The notes under the pieces are model-generated. The model was not told where the DNA came from, searched no databases, and was given only the letters and a program-made list of their open reading frames with translations. Shown here piece after piece: positions 25,407 to 35,489 of a stretch of 64,000 nt of DNA. This DNA is from Blepharisma stoltei ATCC 30299 (Eukaryota; Protista; Ciliophora). The translations under genes and the position numbers were made by a program. How positions within the stretch are numbered: the first letter of the stretch is position 1; the number at the start of each line of letters is the position of its first letter. The stretch spans positions 930,001 through 994,000 of the forward strand of contig CBFDEM010000036.1 in NCBI GenBank assembly GCA_965603825.1, given 5' to 3'.

Positions 25407-27252
25407 ATGATAAAGATTATAATTTTGTTTTTTATTACAGCATTTTGCAAGTTAAGAATCTCATACCCTCCAGAACTATCTAATCTTTATCCTGATAATA
25501 TCGTCCCTTCTGTTACTGCTAATCTTAGAAAATTTCCAATTTACACTCAAGGCAGTGTAGGATTTTTACCAAACGATACAAATCCATGTGACAAAAGCTC
25601 ATGGCCTCAATTTTCTAATTGCACAGTGTTTGCTATTATGAATATAACTTGCGATTACTCAACTGTTGTTGACATTGCCGAAGAAAGAGGAGCCCAAGGT
25701 GTCATTTTTGTACTAAATTTGACTAATTCAAGATTAAAAGAAGTTTTGATATCTACAGGCATTCAGACTACTATATTTGTTGCAGGTATTTCAAATGAGT
25801 ATATTGATATATGAAGAAAATTCAAGCAGGGTACAATATTGGTTGAATTCGATCACGACTGGATATTTCAGGAAAAACCAAGAATTTGATATCACTTACG
25901 GAAAATTATAATTATGATGCAGATTTTATTAAGGAATGATATTTGTATTTATTTCCTATTTATAAAAATGATGTGTATATAGACTTATTTTTTAATTATT
26001 CGTTTTCATGCTCTGATTGTCACCCAAATGACTGTTATTCTAATAATAAATACTGCATGGTTGATAGCATAAATCATGCTAAAGGAAGAGATATGATTGA
26101 TAGAACATTATTGGAAATGGCTTTGTTTGATTATACAAGAGATCACGACCTATACTTAGGCACTTTTGTTATGTTTTTATATGAATTAGGAAATTCTTGC
26201 TCTAACGATTACTCAGAGAATTGCAGTGGAAATGTCTTAAATTGGCTAAAAGTTGACTTAGAAGAAATTCAGAATAGAATTAGCAAATCCTGAATATCGT
26301 ATATGAATGAAGAACACGTAGACAATTATATACTTAAGAGTCAATATAACAAATGGATAAGTAAAAATTATTTTAAGCCTATACCAAGCATTACCATAGG
26401 TAATATTACGCTTGGCTTAGATCAAGGATACGGTCTTCAAACATATATATGCAATTATATTTCATATACATCATATGTCTGTGATGATACCTGTAGTAAG
26501 GATTGCACAATAGACGATTTAAGCGATGGCTATTGTAATAAAAATTGTAAAAAAGATTCTTGCTTGAATGATATTCAAGACTGCAATAGTTTGCATGATT
26601 TTTGTGATGACGCGCACAAACATGTTTGCAGTTATAGTTTTGATGTGATGAAGATTTAAGCAAAACTTCTATAATACTAATTGCAATATTTAGCTGTGTT
26701 GGATTTTGTTTGTGGTAATTTTTATTTAGTTTTGCGCTTAGTTATGTCTTTTATCATTTTTTGTCTAAATACTTAAAAAAGCGCGACCAGGATCAAGAAA
26801 ATCAGAGCCCTTCAGAAATCCGAGGGTTTCCTTTGCCTCTCTCGCCTCCTTCATTTCCCTTGCCTCCCCCATCTCCTTTCCCTTTTTTACAGATTCCTAG
26901 TCCCCCCATCATACATTTTCCAGATCTTATTTCTGATAATGATATTCAAAATAGTTCTGAAGATGAAAGTGGTTCATACAGAAGCAGGCCACTTGACAGT
27001 AGTTCTGAGATCAGAATAAGTTTTCAAATCAGCTCTGAAAATAATTCAGATTATGGGTTTTTTGGAGACGCAACTTGCACAATTTGCTTTGATGCAATCA
27101 CAGAGGAAAATATGAAAATCACAAAATGCAAACATATTTTTCACAAAGATTGCTTAAAGGGGTGGACAAATGCGAAAGGTAGACATGCGAAATGTCCTAA
27201 TTGTAATGAGGAAATTTTACAAGATAATATCGATATGCCAGCTTTCGTTTAA
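25407..27252 (+). pseudogene. PA/VSR-like-LNR-TM-RING-H2 receptor, copy 2 (two frameshifts)
   Basis: 1-nt deletions at ~25887 and ~26645 relative to paralogs; intron 26715-26729; RING intact. Confidence 0.8.
26715..26729 (+). other. 15-nt intron in TM of receptor copy 2
   Basis: GTAATTTTTATTTAG. Confidence 0.85.
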
Positions 27253-27904
27253 GTTAAGAATATTTTATAATAGTTGGCAAATTTTTAAAAAAAAACCTAG
27301 GTATCATAGCATTTTCATAGAGTAGTAATAAGTCTTTGAGTAGACTTTCAAGATCTCCAGAGCACTGCTTTCTAATTATTAAACAGAGTATATAAATTAA
27401 AATAGAGCGCTAATTTTATCTTTTTAAGGGAGAAGACAGCAGAAATTATTTTATGATGCTAGCTTTATAAAGGACTGATACTATCCTATACTTATTAATG
27501 CAAGTGAAGATTCTTTTTTGATTATTCATATTGATGCATTAATTGCAACCCAAATGCTTTTTATTCCTATTATGGATATAAATTAAAATAGTCTCCTATA
27601 GAGGTTTAATTTTATCTTTTTAATGGGGAGATAGCAGAAATTATTTTATGATATTAGGTTTATAAAGGACTGATATTATCTAATACCTATTAACACAAGC
27701 GAAGTATATATAGAACTTCTTTTTAGATTATTCATATTGATGCTTGTTATTCTAATTATGGATATATCATCATTGTGATTCTAAGTGAATACTTTAAAAA
27801 TCATGAATTTGCAGCAATATTTTATAAAAGTTAGTTGTATATGGCTTAAATATTGTAAATATATCTAAAATTTATAGAAGAATTAATTAAAGTTATAAGA
27901 TTAT

Positions 27905-29731
27905 ATGATAGAGATTATACTTTTCTTTTTTATTACAGCCTTTTGCGAGTTAAGAATCTCATACCCTCCAGAACTATATAATCTTTATCCTAACAATATT
28001 GTCCCTTCTGTTACTGCTAATCTCAGAAGATTTCCAACTTACACTCAAGGTAGTGTTGGATTTTTACCAAACGATACAAATCCATGTGTCAGAAGCTCAT
28101 GGCCTCAATTTGCAAATTACACAGTGTTTGCTATTATGGATATAACTTGCCATTACTCAACTGTTGTTCACATTGCCGAAGAAAGAAAAGCTCAAGGTGT
28201 CATTTTTGTGCTGAATTTAACTAGTTCAAGATTAAAAGAAGTTTTGATATCTCCAGGCAGTCAGACCACTATATTTGTTGCAGGTATTTCAAATGAGTAT
28301 ATTGATATGTGAAGAAAATTCGAGCAGGGTGTAATATTGGTTGAACTTGATCGCGACAGGATATATTCGGAAAAACCAAGAATTTCGATATCACTTACGG
28401 GAAGTTTTATTCATGATGCAGATTTTATCAAAGAATGATATTTTTATCTATTTCCTATTTATAAAAGCGATGTGGATATAGACTTATCCTTTAATTATTC
28501 ATTTTCATGCTCTGATTGTAGCCCAAATGACTGTTATTCTAATAATAAATACTGCATGATTGATGACATAAATCATTTTTCAGGAAGAAATATGATTGAT
28601 AGAACACTAATGGAAATCGCTTTGCTTGATTATATAAAAAATCACGATATATTTTTAGGCGCTTTTGCTATATTTTTATATGAACTAGGAAAATCTTGCG
28701 AATATGATTACTCGAAGAAATGCAGTGGAAATGTTTTAAATTGGCTCAAAGTTGACTTAGAAGAAATTCAGAATAGAATTGACAAATCCTGGATATCAAA
28801 TATGAATGAAGTACGCGCAGATAATTATATACTCAGAAGCCAATATAACAAATGGATAAGTAAAAGCTATTTTGAACCTATACCAAGCATTTCCATAGGT
28901 AATATTACGCTTTGCTTAAATCAAGGATACGGTCTCCAAACGTATATATGCAATTATATTTCATATACATCATATGTCTGTGATGATACCTGTAATAAGA
29001 ATTGCACAATTGGCGATTTAAGCGATGGCTATTGTGATCAAAATTGTGAAACAGATTCTTGCTTTAATGATATTCAAGATTGCAATAGTTTGCTTCATTT
29101 TTGTGATGACATTCACAATCGTGTTTGTAAATATATCTCTGATGGCGGTGATGAAGGCTTAGACACAGGCTCTATAATAGCAATTTCAATTTTTAGCAGT
29201 ATTGGATTTTGCTTTTGGTAATTTTTATGTAGTTTAAGTGGTTTTGCTGTCCCTTATCACTACATTTCTAAATACTTAGAAAAGCGCTATTGGGATCGAG
29301 AAAATCGGAACTCTTTAGAAATCCAAGATTTTCCTTTGCCTCCCTCATTTATCTCACCTCCCTCACTCCCTGCCCATCCATTGGGTGATCCTTTACAGAT
29401 TCCTATACATATGCCTAGAATAAATTTGCCAGATTCTTCTTCTGATAATGATAGTCAAAATAGTTCTGAAGATGAAATTGGTTCAGAGAGTAGAAGTCAA
29501 CTTGAGAGTAGTTCTGAGATCAGAATTAGTATTCAAAATAGCTCTGAAAATAAGTCAGATTATGGGTTTTTTGGAGACGCGACTTGCTCAATTTGCTTTG
29601 ATGCAATCACACAGGAAAATATGAAAATCACAAAATGCAAACATATTTTTCACAAAGATTGCTTAAAGGCGTGGACAGATGCGAAAGGTAGAGATGCGAA
29701 ATGTCCTAATTGTAATGAGGAAATTCGTTAG
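27905..29731 (+). CDS. PA/VSR-like-LNR-TM-RING-H2 receptor, copy 3 (intact)
   Basis: Single frame with TGA=Trp and 15-nt intron 29218-29232; signal peptide, LNR CNKNCTIGDLSDGYCDQNCETDSCFNDIQDC, TM, RING-H2. Confidence 0.88.
29218..29232 (+). other. 15-nt intron in TM of receptor copy 3
   Basis: GTAATTTTTATGTAG, in-frame TAA. Confidence 0.88.
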
Positions 29732-30195
29732 AAGATAGTAACTTTTACCTGTTTTAGCTTAAGTTAAGAATATTTTATAATGAGTTGGCAAAAATTTTAC
29801 TTTGCTTATCAAGAGCAATTAAGTAGATAAATTTTTTTTTATTGTAAAATCTAATTTACATAAATTAAAATAGAGCGCTAAGTTTATCTTTTTAAGGGAG
29901 AAGATAGAAGAAATTATTTTATGATGTTAGCTTTATAAAGGACTGATACTATCTAATGCTGATTAACGCAAGCGAAGTAGATATAGAGCTTCTTTTTTGA
30001 TTATTCATATTGATGCATTAATTGCAACCCAAATGCTTTTTATTCCTATTATGGATATATCGTCATTGTGATTCTAATTAAATCTTTAAAAACCATGTAT
30101 TTACAGCAATATCTTTTAAAAGCTAGCTAATATGGTTTAAATATGTGCAAATATCTAAAATTTATAGAACTTTTAATTAAAGTTTATAAAATTAT

Positions 30196-31887
30196 ATGAT
30201 AAAGATTATACTTTTGTTTTTTATTGCGGTCTTTTGCAGGTTAAGAATCTGATACCCTCCAGAACTATATAAGCTTTATCCTAGTAATATTGTACCTTCT
30301 GTTACTGCTAATCTTAGAAAATCTCCAAGACACTCTGAAGGTAATGTAAAATTTTTACCAAATGATATAAATCCATGTGACGAAGACTCATCCCCTGAAT
30401 TTTTTAATGGCACAGTGGTAGCTATTGAGAATATAACTTGTGATTACTCAACTGTTATTAGGATTGCCCAAGAAAAATTAGCTATAGGTGTCATTTTTGT
30501 ACTGAATTTGCCTGATTCAAAATTAAACGAACATTTGATATCCGCAGGCAGTGAAACCTATAAATTTGTTGCAGGTATTTCAAATGAGCATATTGATAAA
30601 TGAAAAGAAATTAAAGAGGGGGAAATATTTATTGAGTTTGATCGCGACTGGATATATACATGGCACAGACCAACAATTTCGATATCACTTACCGGAAATT
30701 ATAACTATGATGCAGATTTTATTAAAGAATGATATTTGTTTCTAATTCCGATTTATGAAGGCGATGTTTATATAGACTTGTTTTTTAATTATTCATTTTC
30801 ATGCTCTGATTGCAGCCCAAATGACTGTTATTCTAATAATAAATACTGTATGATTGATGGCGTAAATCATGCTAAAGGAAGAGATATGATTGATAGAACA
30901 CTATTGGAAATGGCTTTGCTTGATTATACAAAATATCACGACCTATATTTAGGCGTTTTTGCTATGTTTTTATATGAACTAGGAAATTCTTGCTCTAACG
31001 ATTACTCTGAGAATTGCAGTAGAAATGTTTTAAATTGGCTAAAAGTTGACTACGAAGAAATTCAGGGAAGAATTAAAAGTTCCTGAATATCGGATATGAA
31101 TGACCAATACGCAGATAATTCTATACTCAGTAAACAATATGACGGATGGGCAGATAAAAGTTATTTTAAACCTATACCAAGCATTACCATAGGTGATATT
31201 ACGCTTGGCTTAAATCAAGGTTACGGCTTCCAAACATATATATGCAATTATTTTTATTTTTATTATTCATCTTCAACAAATTTATGTGATGATAAATGTA
31301 CTTATACTTGCTTTATATGATATTTAAACAATGGCTATTGTGATGTAGGTTGTAAAACAGATTCTTGCTTTAATGATATTCAAGACTGCAATAGTTTGCA
31401 TGATTTCTGTGATGACGTGCACAATCATGCTTGTAGTTATAGTTATGGTGGCGATGAAGGTTTAAGCAAAAAATCTATAATTCTTATAGCATTTGGATGC
31501 TTTGGATTTTGTTTGCTGTAATTTTTACTCAGCTTTGTTTTTTGTTGTGTCTATTGCAATTATTTTTGTAAATACTTGGCTGCGCGCAAAAGGGAACAAG
31601 AAAATCAGAACCCTTCAAGTTCTGAAGACGAAATTGGTTCAGAGAGGAGCAGGCCACTTGACAATAGTCCTGAGATCAGAATTAGTATTCAAAACGAGTC
31701 TGAAAATAATTCAGATTATGGGTTTTTTGGAGACGCGACTTGCTCAATTTGCTTTAATGCAATCACAGAGGAAAATATGAAAGTCACAAAATGCAAGCAT
31801 ATTTTTCACAAAGATTGCTTAAAGGCATGGACAGATGCGAAAGGTAGAAATGCAAAATGTCCTAATTGTAATGAAGAAATTCATTAG
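30196..31887 (+). CDS. PA/VSR-like-LNR-TM-RING-H2 receptor, copy 4 (intact)
   Basis: ATG 30196, single frame through five TGA, intron 31518-31532; lacks the Pro-rich linker. Confidence 0.88.
31518..31532 (+). other. 15-nt intron in TM of receptor copy 4
   Basis: GTAATTTTTACTCAG, in-frame TAA. Confidence 0.88.
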
Positions 31888-32520
31888 AAGATAGTAACTT
31901 TTACCTGTTTTAGTTTAAGTTTAGAATATTTTAATAAGATATACCCCTCATTATTATAATTTTTTTATTCAGCTGCTTAAAGCTTTACTTTCAGGTAAAG
32001 GTCTGGACATTTGAGAAGTCTGAATGGATTGCTTCTACTTTAGAAAGAATAAAGCTGAGTCATCAATGGAAAAAATAATAGCAACGGATACTATACATTA
32101 GTGCATGGCAGCAGAATAACGAGACAAATTGATTGGTCTTCACTGATAGCCATACTTGCTAGCTCAAAAAAAAGCCTCAGATTTATTTCTTCAAGATTTC
32201 TTACCTAGAATGCTTTTATTTATTTTGAGTTTATACTTTTATCATTAGCTATAATATATAAACTGTATATTTTGGTGAGTTTATGGATTTTTGCTATTTC
32301 TAATGATGAAATAGAGTCTCGCACTTAACAAAGATCAACTTACAGGAATCCCTCCTGGAATTATGTCAGGCAGAAGCACCTTAAGCGTCCCTGTGCTCAG
32401 TAAAAAAAAGCTGCCTCTATTAGTAGTCCAAAAAGGTTCAGAAATGGTGAAGCCAACAATCTCATATGCAAGTGCTTTATCTCAACCAAGAAATTAAATT
32501 CGTAGAAATAAATAATAAAT

Positions 32521-33138
32521 ATGCAGTCAAAACAGATTAGAGTTCACAAAGGCGAGATTGAGAAATCTGAATAACTCATCAGATTTATATGCCTATAAGT
32601 CCTAACTGTGAGTGTCCAGATGATGTAGTTAATTTTAATAATTTTTTAAGGAGATTGCCACACAGATATAAAGTTGCTATTACTGGGAACCATGACTTGC
32701 TCTTTGATGAAGAAAAATTTCCAACCCTTATTCATAATTTTAGCTTGAATCCAAGAGGCTGCCAAAGCTCTGCTAACTAACTGTATTTATTTAGAAGCTA
32801 GCGTAGAAATTTTTGGGTAAAAAATTTGGGGAAGTCCATGGACCCAGAAAAAAGGAGGGCTATTGCTGTAAAATAGAAAAAAAATCTGAAGATACAAAAA
32901 TTTTGACTACCCATTGCCGCCATATACAATTCTTGATGGTTGTGATGATGGTTTTCATGCAGGATGTGAAGAATTGAAGACTGTTGCAGAAAGCATTAAG
33001 CCAAAAGTCAATATTTTTGGACATATTCATGAAGCGTACGGGGTGTATAGCAATGACTTCACAATTCATAAATGAGTCTACCTGTGAATTAAGATATAGA
33101 CCGACAAGCCTCCAATTATTTTTGACTTGCCTAGGTAA
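32521..33138 (+). pseudogene. MPPED-like calcineurin-fold metallophosphoesterase pseudogene
   Basis: LPHRYKVAITGNHD, LLTNCIYLE, G*KIWGSPW, GCEEL...PKVNIFGHIHEAYG spread across frames with stops; N-terminal DxH motif absent. Confidence 0.8.
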
Positions 33139-33517
33139 TCTTAATATTTATAAATGGAACTTTTTAATTATTTTTATTGTGCTTTAATATAGAGAAAGAA
33201 GATTGACGATTTTGGCGAAAAAATTGAAGGACAACGTGATGACATACCAAATTACTCGATGCACAAAGAAAAGAGCTCTGAATTGGGGAAGAACGAAGTT
33301 CCATTTTTTAACTAAATTCAATTTTATTATTAGGGGGCTAGTCTTTTTATAATAAAATGCAGTCTGTTCCAGCATTAGATGCAACTGACGAAAAGAATAA
33401 GCTTAATAAGCTTCTTAGCTTAGCGTCTAATTAAAAAATTATGGTTAAATATAATTAATATAGAATGCTTACAATATCTTTGAAGATGAATTCTGATAGA
33501 AATAAATTTTTATGTAC

Positions 33518-33961
33518 CTAAACATATTCGTCTACGAAGGATATGCTCTCTCCAGAATTAGCCTGATAATGAGCGGCGTCAATAAATGATTGCAACTTAC
33601 GTAACCCATCAAATTTATAATCCACGCCCACTTCTGGGGTATTACGACAAAGATTTTCCAATACCCTTCTGATTCTTGCATCCTCCAATAGCAAAACTTT
33701 CTTTATTTCTCTTAATTCTTCATAAAGCATATATGTTCGTGGGTAAATTTCTCCAGACTCCTTTATAAGTTTATATATGCTTTCTGCAATTGTTTCGATA
33801 TCAGAATCACTCAAACTCTTGATGTGGTAACGTTTATACTTTTCAATTTCTTTCATAACAACTAAATGGCGCCGAAGTTCATAATCATCGTCTTTTTTTA
33901 GATTTATATTGGAATTGGTAGTCCTGCTAAAGATATTTTGAAAAATTCCCCAAAAACTCAT
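33518..33961 (-). CDS. Hypothetical protein
   Basis: 147-aa ATG-TAG ORF with AT-rich leader; no motif recognised. Confidence 0.55.
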   Translation of the reverse strand: MSFWGIFQNIFSRTTNSNINLKKDDDYELRRHLVVMKEIEKYKRYHIKSLSDSDIETIAESIYKLIKESGEIYPRTYMLYEELREIKKVLLLEDARIRRVLENLCRNTPEVGVDYKFDGLRKLQSFIDAAHYQANSGESISFVDEYV

Positions 33962-34029
33962 TTTATTTATTATATTATAAAAATGGAATTTTAATTTCGA
34001 TTGAGATCACTAAAGGCTCTAGCTTTGTG

Positions 34030-34950
34030 ATCAAGTTCTTTCAAACATTTAAATGACTATTGCAGCTACAAGTATTGAACAAATTGCACTGATTATGTCT
34101 TAAATTGGTTGTATATGCACTAAAAAGAAATTAAAAAAATTGTTGACTCATCTTGGCAGGCTGATGACAAATTTGCAGACAATGATTTTCTCAGAAGCCA
34201 AGCAAGTAAACGGAAGGGAAAAAACATACAAGTTGTCCCATCAATCTCAATAAATGGCAGTTTATATCTAAATGGCTTGGTTAGTATTTAAAATTGCTTA
34301 AAGATATTCTCCTATTCATATTGGAGCGAGTATGATCTGTTCTTCAATAGTGATATAGAAAACTGAATCTGTCAACTCAATGTTGAACAGATGGATGCGC
34401 ATACTATTTTTGTGATTGCAACTATAATGGTTTTTGTGATAAATGGATTCATTGCCGTAATGATGATGATTCTGAGTCAGAGGGAAAAGCTTGACAATTG
34501 AGATACCTATTTTTCACTGGCATAAGGTTTATTTAGGTCTATTTGTGTTCTAGCTCTCTGCATTTGATGCATAAAACGACGCTGAAAGTCTAATAATCAA
34601 AATAATCAAGAAATTTAGCAGCCTGAAAATCAAGATAATATGATAATAATGATTGTTGCACAGCAATCTTGGTGACTATCACGTTATTCTTGGAGTATTC
34701 CAGATATAATTGGTAATGGTGAAGAGATAAATCGTTCTGCAGAGCTTCCAACAATTGTGTGTAGAATGGGCATAAGAAGTAGCCGTTTTGAAAATGATAA
34801 AAGCATGGGTTATGATTTCTATGGAGATCCTGTGTAGCACATTTTGGAGATCTAAAAGAAGTTAATTATGATTTCTATGAAATTCTGCTTACAAAATTTG
34901 CCTAATTTTATCTCCAAAATAAAATATTTTCCACAAAAAATTTTGCAGCA
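34030..34950 (+). pseudogene. Old relic of the receptor-RING family (3' half)
   Basis: NCTDYVLNWL...SSW...ADNDFLRSQ...VPSISING aligns to NCSGNVLNWL...KSW...DNYILKSQ...IPSITIG; LNR end DGCAYYFCDC; YDFYGDP and IFHK remnants; in-frame stops. Confidence 0.75.
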
Positions 34951-35489
34951 TGATGCTCTTATGTAGCAAAAGGCTAATATATTTAAAATAATAATCTTTT
35001 AAGCTAATTTTTTAAAGAAAAGATACTAAAATGAATTGATTTAAAGTGTTTTTAAGAAAGGCAATTTTATTTTAATAATAAAAATGAAACATTGAAGACT
35101 TACTATTTCCGTTTTATTTTTTTATTACTACGAATTCTTTGCTGGGAATATAAAATACTTTAAATTGATAAGCAAATTATTGCTTATCATATAAAGAGCT
35201 AAAAACCTAAGTAATTTTTGCATTATGATAACGAAAGTTCCTATTAAAAATTCTTCTTCATTTAGAGTTTTTATACTCAGCTGCCTGAGTTTAAGCCTTT
35301 TGTTTAATATTTTTGTGCAAAATAGAAAGTTCATTATATCCGAGTATCCCTAAATATAAGCATCCTATTTTTACTGTAAATTAGAATTTTTGCTATTGAG
35401 TTTATTTATATGAAGCCATCACGCAAATAAAAAAAAATATAGAATATTTAATAAAGCAGTTATCATAATAATAAATATTAGGAAATCTC

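Noticed and set aside
220-26650. Programmed ribosomal frameshifting at the five -1 sites
   Set aside because: No shared slippery or AAA-stop motif; paralog alignment shows plain 1-nt deletions (mutation or consensus error).
25407-26659. Copy 2 as a secreted decoy truncated just before the TM
   Set aside because: An earlier frameshift at ~25887 already breaks the ectodomain.
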